Positions 1 through 12,955 of a stretch of 64,000 nucleotides of DNA are shown piece after piece. This DNA comes from Torpedo marmorata (taxonomy: Eukaryota). The stretch is from contig OZ360231.1 in NCBI GenBank assembly GCA_977017645.1, positions 868,001-932,000 on the forward strand, in the 5' to 3' direction. The translations under genes were made by a program, and so were the position numbers. The notes under the pieces were generated by a model that was not told the origin of the DNA, did no database searches, and was given only the letters and a program-made list of their open reading frames with translations. Each line of letters starts with the position of its first letter. The stretch's first letter is position 1.

Positions 1-3000
1 GCCTATAGAAATGGGGGAGATATTGAACAGTTTCTTTTCTTCGGTATTCACCAAGGAGAAGGATATTGGGATATGCGAGATAAAAAAAGCAAATTGGGTA
101 AATATGGAGAATATAGTGATTACGAAAGATGTAGTGTTAGGGCTTTTGAGGCATATAAAGGTGGATAAGTCTCCGGGACCCGACGGGATCTTCCCCAGGA
201 CCTTGAGAGAAGTAAGTGAGGAAATAGCAGAGGCTCTGACGGTGAATTTCCAAATGTCATTAGAGATGGGGATAGTGCCGGAGGATTGGCGTATTGCGCA
301 TGTGGTTCCGTTATTTTAAAAGGGTTCAAGTAGGAAGCCTGGCAATTATCGGCCTGTAAGTTTGACGTCTGTGGTAGGTAAATTAATGGAGAAAGTTCTT
401 AGAGATAGTACTTATAAATATCTGGATAGACAGGGTCTGATCAGGAACTCTCAACACGGATTTGTGAGCGGAAGGTCCTGTTTGACAAATCTGATTGAAT
501 TTTTTGAAGAGGTGACTAGGAATGTGGATGAGGGTAGCGCAGTGGATGTTGTCTATATGGACTTCAGTAAGGCCTTCGATAAGGTACCACATGGAAGGTT
601 AGTTAGGAAGGTGCAGTCTTTAGGTATAAATTTTGAGATAGTCAAATGGATTGAACATTGGCTGAAAGGGAGAAGCCAGAGAGTGGTAGTGGATAATTGT
701 CTGTCAGGTTGGAGGCCGGTGAGCAGCGGTGTGCCTCAGGATTCTGTATTGGGCCCATTGTTGTTCGTTATATACATTAATGATCTAGATGATGGGGTGG
801 TGAACTGGATTAGTAAATATGCAGACGATACTAAGATAGGTGGAATAGTGGATAATGAAGAAGGTTTTCAAGGATTGCAGAGGGATTTGGGCTGCTTAGA
901 AAAGTGGGCTGAAAAATGGCAAATGGAGTTTAATGCTGATAAGTGTGAGGTGCTTCATTTTGGTAAGAAGAATCAGAACAGGACATACGTAGTAAATGGG
1001 AGAGCATTGATGAATACAGAAGAGCAGAAAGATTTAGGAATAACGGTGCATCGTTCCCTGAAGGTAGAAACTCATGTGAATAGGGTGGTGAAGAAGGCTT
1101 TTAGTATGCTGGCCTTTATCAATCATTGCATAGAATATAGGAGTTGGGAAGTGATGTTGAGATTATATAAGGCGTTGGTGCGGCCTAGTTTAGAGTTCTG
1201 TGTGCAGTTCTGGTCGCCAAATTATAGGAAGGATATCAACAGAGTGGAGAGAGTGCAGAGAAGATTTACCAGAATGTTACCTGGGTTTAAGCATCTAGAG
1301 TACAAGGAGAGATTGAGCAGATTAGGTCTTTATTCTTTGGAGCGAAGAAGGTTGAGAGGGGATTTGATAGAGGTTTTAAGATTATGAAAGGGATAGACAG
1401 AGTGGATGTGGATAGACTATTTCCGTTAAGAGTAGGAAAGATTCTTTCCAATGCTTTTCTTCTATTGTTACATTCAAATCTGATTCCCATTTTAATCTTG
1501 ATTTGTGAATAGCTACCTTAGGTATTTTCCTCTGTAATAATTTATACATTTGAGAAATAAATTTATTTACACCTCCATTTGTAACTAATAATTCAAATTC
1601 ACTTTGTTGAGGTAAAGTCAAACTATGACCCAACCTTTCAACTAAAAATGCTTTAATTTGAAAATAGGCAAAAAACGTATTGTTTAATATATTAAACTTA
1701 TCTTTCATTCTTTGAAAAGTAATAAATTTACCAGCTTCAAAACAGTCATTTATTTTCTTAATTCCCTTTTGAAACCAAATTTTAAATAATTGATTATCAA
1801 AAGCAAATGGAATAAGTCTATTTTGATATAAAGGCATTCTTGGCGAAATTAAACCTTTCGTTCCTATCTCTTTATCCAGTCTATTCCAATTTCTAACAAA
1901 TGTTTAAAAATAGGAGAATTTTTACCTCTTAATAATATTTGTTTAGAATTCCATTTATAAATAACTTCTTCTTTCAAATCTTCTCCTATATTATTTAATT
2001 CTATTCGAATCCAAGCAGAAGATTTTACTGAATCAAACATTTCATTAATAAATCTTAGTTGAGCTGCTTTATAATAATTTTGAAAATTAGGAAGTTGTAA
2101 ACCACCCAATTCATAATTCCAAGTTAATTTCTCCATAGCTACTCTAGCCAATTTACCCTTCCACAAAAACGTCCTAATAATTAAATTTAAATCTTTAAAA
2201 AATTTCTGAGGAATTTCATAAGGAATTGATTGAAAAAGATATTGAATCCTTGGAAAGATATTCATTTTAATACAATTTACCCTTCCTAATAAAGTTATAG
2301 GTAAATCTTTCCAACTTTCTAAATCTTTTTTAATTTTCACAAATAATGGTAAATAATTTAATTTATATAAGTTAGCTAGCTTAGTATCTATCTTTATACC
2401 TAAATATTTAATACCTTCTTTTGACCATTTAAATTGTGTAATTTCCTTACATTTATTATAATCCCCTTGTGTTAACGCCATAATTTCACTTTTATCAGAA
2501 TTAATTTTATAACCAGATATCTCCCAATATTCTTTCAATAAAACATCCAATTGTATTAAAGAAGTAATAGGTTTTGTCATATATATCAATACATCATCTG
2601 CAAATAAACTAATCTTATGCTCTTCCCTTCCAACTTTAATACCCACAATCTTAATATCTTGTCTAATTAATTCTGCCAAAGGTTCAATTGCTAAAACAAA
2701 TAATGCAGGTGACAACGGACATCCTTGCCGTGTCGACCTCGTCAACAAAAACTTTGAAGAAATTTGTCCATTTGTAACCACCCTAGCAGAAGGCTCCTTA
2801 TATATAGTTTTAATCCAATTAATAAATGTAGTTCCAAAACCAAATTTTTCCAATACTTTAAATAAATAGTTCCACTCTAGTCTATCAAAAGCCTTTTCAG
2901 CATCTAATGTTAATACTAATGCTAATTCCTCTTTCTTTTGCGCCGTATTTATTAAACTAATTAACCTAGCTATATTATCTTTTGAATATCTATTCTTAAT

Positions 3001-4101
3001 GAAACTTGCTTGATCATTAATGTTAGATATAGATTAGTGCAGTATAATTTTTTCCATCAATTATACTTAACACCTAAAAGATTAAAGAAATTTAACCCGA
3101 CACTATCAGATTTATGTTTTAGATGTAATAGAGAGGAAGGTTCTTTTGTACATTCTACATGGTATTGCCCAAAGATTTCTGATTTTTGGTTGAAAGTTAA
3201 GGAGTTTTTGGACAAAGTATTAAGAATTATACTCCCAATGGATCCTATGATATTTTTATTTGGAGATATTAAAAGAATTAGTATTATGATGAAATTAAAT
3301 ATGTATCAAATAGAGTTTTTGAGAATTGCTCTAGCTGTTGCTAAGAAATGCATTGGTCTTACTTGGAAATCTGATGTAGATTTAGGTTTAGAAAGATGGC
3401 ATGCAGAACTTCGTTCATGTGTACCACTTGAAAAGATTACTTATAATTTACGTAATAAATATCATTTCTTTTTGAAAACATGGAGCCCATACATAAAAGC
3501 GGTTGGTTTAAAAATTTGAAGATCTCCAGAAGATCAGACCAGACTGGTGAACCTATTTTCCACAAAAGATTTAGTTGATAGTTGTTCTTTTTTTAGATTG
3601 ACATTCTCCTTATTCTATCTTTTTCTTTCTTTTATTTTATAGATTAGTGGGGGTGGGAGGGTTAGGGTGGGGAGGGTGGTTGGGGGTGAGAAAATGTATC
3701 ACATGTATTTTGATAATTTTATATTTGCTTTTTGTATTTTGTGATTTAAAATTTTAAATAAAATATTTAAAAATAAAAAAAAAGAGTAGGAAAGATTGAA
3801 ACAAGAGGACATGAGTTAAGAGTTAAGGGGCAGAGGTTTAGAGGTAACATGAGGGGGAACTTCTTTACTCAGAGAGTGGTAGCGTTGTGGAATGAGCTTC
3901 CGGGAGAAGTAGTGGCGGCAGAGTCAATTTTATTATTTAAGAAAAAGTTGGACAGGTATATGGATGAGAAGGAAGTGGAGGGTTATGGGCAGGGTGAAGG
4001 TAGGTGGGACTAGAGAGGAGTGTTTGGTTCGGTGCGGACTAGAAGGGCCTAATGGCCTGTTTTCATGCTGTAATTGTTATATGGTTATATTATATGGTTA
4101 T
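1..4101 (+). mobile_element. CR1-clade LINE, RT through 3' end, split by an L1 insertion at 1444-3781
   Basis: ORFs 11-319 and 362-1387 carry CR1 ORF2 motifs (KSPGPDG, QHGF..GRSCLTNL, YMDFSKAFDKVPH, YADDTK, LERRRLRGDLIE). The CR1 sequence resumes at 3782 and ends in (GGTTATAT)-like repeats at ~4075-4101. Confidence 0.93.
1444..3781 (+). mobile_element. L1-clade LINE, 5'-truncated with 5' inversion (1444-~3006 on minus, ~3007-3781 on plus)
   Basis: The minus segment encodes RT (TRQGCPLSP, LFADD). The plus segment encodes the C-terminal Cys-rich region (CFRC..HSTWYC), a 3'UTR and an A-rich tail. 16-bp TSD AAGAGTAGGAAAGATT at 1428-1443 and 3782-3797. Confidence 0.93.
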
Positions 4102-4413
4102 AAGTAAGGGTTTACTTAAGGTGGTATGTGAGTGGGAAAAAAAGGTTGAGAACCACTGCTCTAGACCCATTGTGACTGAAATATATTTCTTGAGAAAAAT
4201 TGTCATTGGCCCATTTCCTTTGGAGTTATAAAACTGTCCACATAACGAGTCAATTAGGTATGATTAAAACAGTGGTTTTCAAACTTTTTCTTTCGTCTCA
4301 CATACCACTCACTTTAAGTAATCCCTTACTAATCACAGAGCACCTATGGCATAGGGATTGCTTAAAGTGGTATGCGAGTGGAAAGAAAAAGTTTGAAAAC
4401 CACTAATCTAGAT
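4102..4413. mobile_element. hAT-Charlie-like MITE composite (partial unit plus palindromic unit 4270-4405)
   Basis: Termini CAGTGGTTTTCAAAC ... GTTTGAAAACCACT and GGTTGAGAACCACTG, each right end followed by an NTCTAGAN-type Charlie target site (CTCTAGAC, ATCTAGAT). Confidence 0.7.
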
Positions 4414-7058
4414 GATAAACAACAATGGTCCCAGCTCCAATCCCTGAGGCACACCACAAGTCACTGGCATCTAGTCTAAGAAGCAATCATTCACCACCAC
4501 TCTCTGGCTTCTTCTGCATGGCCAAAGTCGAATCCAGTTTACTACCTCACCATGAATATCGAGCATCAGATCATTCCTGACTAACTCCCCATGTGGGACC
4601 TTGTCAAAGGCCTTACTAAAAGCCAATGTAGACAACATCCAGAGCCTTTCCTTCATCAACTTTCCTGGTTACCTCCTCGAAAAATTCTATCAGATTGGTT
4701 AAACACGACCTACCATGCACAAAGCCATGTTAACTGTCTCTAATTATATGTCCGATATATACTTATATATCCGATCTCTTTGAACACCTTCCAATAATTT
4801 ACCTACGACTGACATCAGGCTCACCGGCCTATAATTTCCAGGGTTACTTTTGGAGCCTTTTTTAAACAACAGAACAACATGAGCTACCCTCCAATTCTCC
4901 AGCACCACACCCATGGCTAAGGACATTTTAAATATTTCTGCCAGAGCACCTGCAATTTCTACATTAGCCTCCTACATTAGTTCTTGAATGACGTCAGAAC
5001 ATCATTTAAGAGGGTGAACCCTCGCAAGGCGTCAGGCCCTGACGGCGTACCTGGCAGGGTACTGAAAATCTGCGCCAACCAACTAGCTTGAGTGTTCACG
5101 GACATTTTCAACTTCTCATTGCGGCAGTCAGAGGTTCCCACCTGCTTCAAAAGGGCATCAATCATCCCGGTTCCCAAGAAGAGTAGTGTGGGCTGACTCA
5201 ACGACTACCGCCCAGTAGCACTAACTTCTACTGTGATGAAATGCTTTGAGAGGCTGGTCATGGCCAGAATTAACACGTACCTAAGCAAAGATCTGGACCC
5301 ACTGCAATTCGCCTATCGTCACAATCGCTCCACAGCAGATACAATATCGCTGGCTCTCCACTCAGCTCTGGATCACCTCGAAAACAGCAATTCATACATA
5401 CGGATGCTCTCCATCGACTCAGCTCGGCCTTCAATACCACTATTCACTCAGTGCTGGTCAAGAAGCTACAAACTCTAGGCCTCTGTACCCCACTCTGCAA
5501 CTGGATCCTTGACTTTCTCATCGGAAGACCACAGTCAGTACGAATTGGAAACAACATCTTCTCCTCACTGATTATCAACACAGGCGCACCCCAAGGATGC
5601 GTGCTTAGTCCACTGCTCTACTCGTTATACACCCATGACTGTGTGGCCAGGCACAATTCCAATGCCATCTACAAGTTTGCCGATGACACCACAGTTGTCG
5701 GCAGAATCACAAACGGCAATGAGGAAGCGTACAGGAGGGAGATAGATCAGCTCGTTGAATGGTGTAACGACAACAACCTTGAGCTCAACGTCAGCAAAAC
5801 CAAGGAGATGATTGTGGACTGTCAGGAGGAAGTCAGGGGAACACGACCCAGTCCTCATCGAGGGCTCAGTAGTGGAGAGGGTCAAGAACTTCAAATTCCT
5901 GGGTGTCAACATCTCCGATAATCTGTCCTGGAGCCTCCACGTTGATGCAATCACAAAGAAGGCTCGTCAGCGGCTATACTTTGTGAGGTGTCTGAGGAGA
6001 TCTGTATGCCACCGAAGACTCTCGTAAACTTCTACAGGTGTACCGTGGAGAGCATTCTGGCTGGTTGCATCACTGCCTGGTATGGAGGCGCCAACTCTCA
6101 GGACAAGAATAAACTCCAGAGGGTTGTTAACTCGGCCTGTGACAACACAGGCACCAGACTTCACTCCATCGAGGACATCTACATGAGGCGGTGTCTTAAA
6201 AAAGCAGCCTCTATCCTTAAAGACCCCCACCACCCAGGCCATGCCCTCTTCACTCTGCTACCATCGGGAAAAAGGTACAGGAGCCTAAAGACGAGCACTC
6301 AACGGCACAAGGACAGCTTCTTCCCCGCTGCCATCAGATTCCTGAATAATCAATGAACCAAAGACACTGCCTTACTTTGCGTGCACTTTTATTTATATTT
6401 TTTTTATAGTAATGTCGTAAGATGGTTATAATATGAATATTTGCACTATGATGCTGCCGCAAAACACCGAATTTCATGACTTGTTCATGACAATAAATTC
6501 TGATTCTGATTCTGATTCTCAAGGTTCGAGGGAATAGCTTGTCCGGCCCTGGGGATCTATCCACCCTTATTTGCTTTTAGACAGCAAGCACCTCCTCCTC
6601 TTTAATCTGTATCGGTTCCATGACCTCACTGCTTGTTTTCCTAACTTCCCTGGACTCTGTGCCAGTTTCCTGAGTAAATATTGATGCAAAAAATTCCATT
6701 TAAGATCTTCCCCAAATCTTCTGACTCCATACATAGCCGACCACTCTGATCTTCAAGGGGACCAATTTTGTCCCTTACTATCCTTTTGCTCTTAATATAC
6801 TGTACCTGTAGAAACCCTTAGGATTTTCCTTCACATTGTCTGCCAAAGCAACCTCATGTCTTCTTTTAGCCTTCCTGATTTCTTGAGTTTTTTCTTGCAT
6901 TTTTATCCTCCTCAAGTACCTCATTTGCTCCGTGTTGCCTATACCTGCTATGCACCTCTTTCTTCATCCGAACCAGATCCCCAATGTCCCCCAAAAACCA
7001 AGGTTCCCTATGCCTGTTAACTTTGCCTTTAATCCTGAAAGGAACGTTCAAACTCTGT
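4414..7058 (-). mobile_element. Degraded CR1 LINE fragment, interrupted by a Rex1-like LINE
   Basis: Minus ORFs with FSKAFDKVPHG, NPGNYRPVSL and DRSPGPD. CR1 sequence continues on both sides of 4979-6519. Confidence 0.85.
4979..6519 (+). mobile_element. Rex1/Babar-like LINE, 5'-truncated
   Basis: [61 protein letters not shown]. Ends AATAAA followed by (TCTGAT)3. Confidence 0.9.
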
Positions 7059-8097
7059 TACAGTTGATCAACAATGATCAATCAGGTTTGCAGAATTATA
7101 ATAATGCCACATTTTATTTACCAGAGACCAAGGATTTTGAACGTAGATCCATACATAGAGCACAGTACATTCCCTTCAGCCCACAATGTTGTGCTGACCT
7201 ATATATACAAAAAAAAAAAACGCTCCCTACCTCATAACCCTGTATTTTTATTTCATTCATGTGCCTGTCCCTTCATATCATCTGCAAACTTGCTGACCCA
7301 TCCCTCTACTTTTCCATCCAGGTCATTTATAAAAACAACCACAAAGAGCAGGGGTCCAGAACAGATCCCTGTGGAACACCACTAGTTACTGATCTCCAGG
7401 CAGAATACTTCCCATCCACTACTACTCTCTGCTTTCTACAGGCAAGCCAATTCTGAATCCACACAGCCAAGGTTCCATGGATCCCATGCCTCATGACTTT
7501 CTGAACGAGTCTTTCATTGGGGACCTTGTCAAATGCCTTACTAAAATCCATATACACTACATCTACCACCAATTTCTTTTGTTACCTCCTCAAAAATCTC
7601 AATTAGGCTCGTGAGGCACGACCTTCCCCTCAAAAAGCTATGCCGACTATCCCTGAGAAGACTGTACTTCTCTAAATGCTCATAAATCCTGTTCTTAAGA
7701 ATCCTCTCCATTAATTTGCCCACCACTGATGTAAGACTCACTGGTCTATACCTTTTTTAAACAAGGGGACCACATTTGCCATTCTCCAATCCTCTGGCAC
7801 CTCGCCTGTGGACAAGGGGGACGCAAAGAACATTGCCAAAGGCCCAGCAATCTCTTCCCTCCCTTCCCATAGCAACCTGTGGTATATCTTGTCTGGTCCC
7901 GAGGACTTATCAATCCTAATGTTTTTAAAAAGATCCAGCACTTCCTCTTTCTTAATATCAACGTGGTCCAGCACATAAGCTTGTTCAATTCTGACCTCAC
8001 CTTGACCAAGGTCCTTTTCTCTGGTGAATACTGAAGCAATACATTTTGCACCTCTCCAACCTTGTCCACCTCCAGGCACACATTGCCTCCTTTATCC

Positions 8098-8210
8098 GTT
8101 CGAAACGTACCGGGGTGTAGGTTAATTGGGTGTAAATTGGGTGGCACAGACTCGTGGGTTGAAATGGCCTGTTACCATGCTGTTTGTCTAAATTTTTTTA
8201 AAAATAATAA
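8098..8210 (+). mobile_element. 3' fragment of HE1-like V-SINE inserted in CR1
   Basis: Matches the 3' half of the SINEs at 12956 and 55875 (TAGGTTAATTGGG...GAAATGGCCTGTTACC.TGCTG). Confidence 0.8.
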
Positions 8211-8966
8211 TCCTTAAACGGCCCTACCTTCACTGTCGTCATCCTTCTGTTGTGCACGTATCCATAAAACGCCTTAGGGTTCTCCTTAATCCTACTTGCC
8301 AAGGCCTTCTCATGTCCCCTTCTAGCTCTCCTAAGTCCTTTCTTAAGTTCCTTACTGGCTAACGTATAATTTTCATGAGTCCTTGCTGTCTTTTGCTTTC
8401 TAAATCTAACGTCTGCTTCCTTCTTCCTCTTAACTAGCTGCCTCACCTGTTTTGTCAACCACGGTTCCCTTTTCCTATCATCTTTTTCCTGTCTCCGTGG
8501 GGAAAACCTATCCAGAACCCCGCGCAAGTAGTCCCTAAACATCCTCCAAATTACTTCTGTGTTTTATCCCGAGAACATCTGTTCCCAATTTACTCCCCCT
8601 AGTTCTTGCCTCATCCCTTCATAATTAGCCATTCCCCAATTAAACACCACCATTTTGTCTGCTTTTATCCTTGTCCATAGCTATGCTAAAGCTCAGGGAG
8701 TTGTGGTCACTATCACCGAAATGCTTCCCCACCGAGAGGTCTGTCACCTGACCAGCTTCATTACCCAGTACTAGATCCAGTGTGGCCTCTCCTCTTGTCA
8801 GCTGGTCCACATACTGTGTCAGGAATCCTTCTTGGACACACCTGACAAATTCTGCCCCATCTATCCCTCTTGGGGTAAGGAGGTGCCAGTCAATATTTGG
8901 GAAGTTGAAGTCTCCCATAACAAAAACCCTGTAATTTATGCACCATTCAAAAATCTGCCTAATTAC

Positions 8967-10220
8967 CAACTTCAAGTTCAAGTTTATTATCATCCGATTG
9001 CACAAGTACAACCCGACGAAACAGCGTTCTCTGGTCCTCGGTGCAAAACATGCAGACACACAACCAGACATAACACACATATAGGCAAACAATACATATG
9101 CAGGATAAATGTATGTATAAAAAAATAAATAAATAAATATTGCTTAGTGAATATGAGAGTCTCGGATGGTAAGTGTGAGCAGTTCCTTTGGTCGTTCAGC
9201 ATTTTTACTGCCTGTGGGAAGAAGCTGTTTCTCAGCCTGGTGGTGCTGGCTCTGATACTCCTGTATCTCTTTCCCGATGGGAGTAGCTGAAAGATGCTGT
9301 GTGTGGGGTGGTAGGGGTCCTCAACGATTTTGCGTGCCCTCTTCATTCAACGATCCCGGTAGATCACGTCGATAGAGGGGAGATTGACCCCAGTGATCCT
9401 CTCTGCCACTCTTATGGTCCTTTGGATTGACCTCTAATCCAATTCTCTACAGCAACTATACTACACTGTGATCCAGCCAGCCAGGACACTCTCAATAGAG
9501 CTCCTGTAGAAGGTTGACATGATGGTAACCTTGCCCGCTTCAGTCTTCTCAGGAAGTGTTGTTGCTGTTGCGCCTTCCTGACAAGTGACGAGATGTTATG
9601 TGTCTATGGTAGGTCACTTATTAAGTGGACTTAAGTGGACTCCAAGGAACTTGGTGCTCTCTTCTCTCTCCACTACCAAGTTATTGATGTGTGGTGGAGG
9701 GTGGTCATTCCTGGTTCTCCTGAAGTCCACGATCATCTCCATCGTCTTGTCCACATTGAGGCTCAAGTGGTTACTCTCGCACCATATCACGAGATTTTCC
9801 ACCTCTTCTCTGTAGTGTGACATCATTGTTGCTGCTGAGGCCAACTACTGTTGTGTCATCTGCAAACTTGATGACACTGTTGGAGCTGGATCTGGTGATG
9901 CAGTCGTGGGTCAGTAGTGTGAACAGGAGCGGGCTGAGTACACAGTCCTGTGGGTGTGACTGTACTCAGCGTAACGGTGCTCAACATTCTGCTACCGACT
10001 CGGACAGACTGCGGTCTTTCCGTTAGGAAGTCCAGAATCCAGTTACAGAGAGGGGAGTTGAGTCCCAGCGAGGACACCTTCTCCACCAGCCTCTTGGGAA
10101 TGATCGTATTAAATGCTGAGCTGAAGTCGATGAACAGCAGCCTGGCGTATGAGGCGTCGTTCTCCAGGTGGGTCAGGACGGAGTGGAGGGACAAGGCTAT
10201 AGCATCATCAGTGGAGCGGT
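8967..10220 (-). mobile_element. Rex1/Babar-like LINE (second family) nested in CR1
   Basis: [34 protein letters not shown]. On minus it ends AATAAA followed by (CTTGAA)n. Confidence 0.88.
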
Positions 10221-10595
10221 TTCTTCTCTTGGCAAATCTGTTCCTCAGTGTCCCAAGGGCTATTTGGGGGCTTATAGACTGCTCCAAAACAGTGATTGCT
10301 CCCTTCCTATTTCTGACTTCCACCCACACCAATTCAGTGGACACTCCCTCCACAGCTTCCTCCCTTTCTGCAGCTGTGATACTATCCCTGACTAGTATTG
10401 CTTCTACCCCCCTCCCCACTTTTACCTCCCATCCTATCCCTTTTAAAACATCTAATGTTTTTCTTTCTTTAAACATTCTAGATTACTTAATAGTTCAATA
10501 TAAAGATCACTCTTTAATCAAACTCGTGCTGCATATTTTTTTCCAAGATGACATCCACACAACAGTAGTTTCTGTTCAACTAGCACCTATGTTTT

Positions 10596-11373
10596 AAGAC
10601 CAGAAGACCATGTCATAGGAGCATAAATAGGCTATTCAGCCCATCGAGTCTGCCCCGCCATTCAATCTTGAGTGGATCCATTCTCCCATGCAGCCCCACT
10701 CCCTGACCTTTGATGCCCTGTCTAATCAGAATCAGAATTTATTGTCATGAACAAGTCATGAAATTCGGTGTTTTGCGGCAGCATCATTGTGCAAACATTC
10801 ATATTATAACCATCTTACGACATTACTATAAAAAATATATAAATAATAGTGCACGAAAAGTAAGGCAGTGTCTTTGGTTCATTGATTATTCAGGAATCTG
10901 ATGGCAGCGGGGAAGAAGCTGTCCTTGTGCCGTTGAGTGCTCGTCTTTAGGCTCCTGTACCTTTTTCCTGATAGAAGCAGAGTGAAGAGGGCATGGCCTG
11001 GGTGGTGGGGGTCTTTGAGGATAGAGGCTGCTTTTTTAAGACACCGCCTCATGTAGATGTCCTCGATGGAGTGAAGTTTGGTGCCTATCAATCTCTGCCT
11101 TAAATACACTCAATGACTTGGCCTCCACAATCGCCTGTGGCAATAAATTCCACAGATTCACCACCCTCTGGCTAAAGAAATTTCTCTGTAGTAAGTGGAC
11201 GCCTTCAATCCTGAAGTTGTGACCTCTTGTCCTCGACTCTCCCACCATGGGAAACAACCTTCCTACATCTACTCTGTCCATGCCTTACAACATTTGAAAT
11301 GTTTCAATGAGATTTCCCTCATTCCCCTAAATTCCAATGAGTACAGGCCAAGAGCTGTCAAACGTTCCTCATA
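10596..11373 (-). mobile_element. CR1 3' fragment containing a Rex1-like 3' fragment (10724-11085, minus)
   Basis: DRVDVGRLFPMVGESRTRGH / NFFSQRVVNLWN. The inserted piece is near-identical to 6150-6510 and has a (TCTGAT)n tail. Confidence 0.85.
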
Positions 11374-11669
11374 TACTGAAAGAGTTGGAGGTGACATCTG
11401 CCACAAAAACTTCAAAACTGAAGAATTAGAAGTGGTGCTATTGTTTACAGCAGATCCATGAACGCACCATTGATGAGGTGGTCGAGTAAGTGACTATTAA
11501 TGGACCATTAAAGCAATGGTTTAACAGCAATTTCAGGTGTGCACCTGAGAAGGATTTTTATTTCCAAGCTGATCCAGGCCACGTTGCCACTAGAATATAT
11601 GTTCATAAAATGTTGTTTTCTTACATTTTGGAATGAGCCTTTATCATTCAAGGTCAAGTGTAGGGTATA

Positions 11670-11835
11670 GGGTAAAGCAGGTAGAGCTTCTATTGCACAA
11701 CTCCAGTGGTCCTGATTCAATCCTGACCTCCAGCGCTGACTGAGTGGTGTTTGCATGCTCCCCTGTAACCACATGGATTTCCCCTGTGTATTCTGGATTG
11801 TGTGGTTATTAGATGAAACTGCCCCAAACATAAGT
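11670..11835 (+). mobile_element. Degenerate V-SINE
   Basis: Residual B-box-like GATTCAATCCT and V-domain-like GTTTGCATGCTCCCTGTAACCACATGGATTTCCCC. Confidence 0.55.
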
Positions 11836-11999
11836 GGGTGGCAGGTGAATTGGTATGCAGATGATGGGTCATACCTCTTACAAAGAATGAGGGTTGTGTT
11901 TGTTGGAGGTTAGTCATCCCATTGCCAGGACACTGAATCAGGTGTTCCTCTGAACAGTGTCCTCTGCAGACTATCTCCTACTTCATCAATGACTCTCCT

Positions 12000-12840
12000 T
12001 TCGTTAGAATGTGAAGAATCTGGATGTTTGGTGATGATTGTCCAGTTCCATTTCCAGCAACTAAGATAAATGCCCACCACCAACAAAACCAAGATAATGT
12101 TCAGGCTCTGTCTGAAATGCAGTAAAAAGCATTCCAATGATGACAGTATCAGATGTGATCATCTCCGACAAAAGAAGATCTAACCACAGCTTTTTGACAT
12201 TCTGTGGCAGTGCCATTGTTTAAGTCCCCGTCCCCACCGTGAGCATCTTGGAGTTCATTGCTGCCTTACTTCCTTACTCTCTAAAACTTTTCCACATGGG
12301 CCGGAAGGGCCAGTTTCTGTGCTGTATCACCAAATTAAATTAAATCTACAAGGCACAAATTAGTAAAATAGCCTGTGCTGGCATGGATGCAGGCAGCTTC
12401 AACAATTCCCAACAATTTGGGTACAAACCGGGACAAAGCAGCCTATCTCAGTGGCAACACATTCCCTGCCCTGAAAATTCACTTGCTCATCAACTGGTAC
12501 ATCATGGGTGTATGGTGTACTATCTATAAATTGCACAGCAGCAACTTGCCATTTCTTTAACAGCAACTCCCAAACATGTAAGCTCTGGAACCTAGAAGAA
12601 CAAAAATAACACAAAAAAATCCTTCCACTTGCAAGGTTCCCTCAAGTTTGCACCATTCTACCTTGTAAGCAAGTTGCTGGGTCAATCAATATCCTGGAAC
12701 TTGTTAACCATTGCCTCTGGGGAGGACCCTTCAATATGTTGGAGATCAAAGAGATGGCATTTTATCACCATCACCTCAAAGATACTTAAAGATTAATGAA
12801 ATAAATATTGGTCTTGCCAGAGACACCCACATCCCATGAC
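12000..12840 (+). mobile_element. Old, decayed CR1/L2-group LINE 3' remnant
   Basis: Resembles, by eye, a common elasmobranch LINE 3' region (GGTGTACTATCTATAAATTGCACAGCAGCAACTTGCC ... AATAAATATTGGTCTTGCCAG). No intact ORF. Confidence 0.45.
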
Positions 12841-12955
12841 AAACTTTTAAAAAGTCAATTGGAAACTACATTGCCTCCACAGGTGAAAAGTTGAAACAAC
12901 AACATGCCAAAACTCATTTGATATTCTGAATTTTTAGTGAGCACATAAGAAATAC

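Larger units (their letters stand above)
7139..10455 (-). mobile_element. Internally deleted CR1 LINE (APE endonuclease to 3' end) with nested SINE and Rex1-like LINE
   Basis: MGDFNFPNIDW, LDLVL, SDHN (APE) and YMDFSKAFDKVP, GVPQGSVL (RT). CR1-type 3' end at ~7139-7260. Confidence 0.85.

Noticed and set aside
9950-10597. 215-aa plus-strand ORF and other antisense ORFs over LINEs
   Set aside because: Shadow frames of RT-coding sequence on the opposite strand, or chimeras across insertion junctions.
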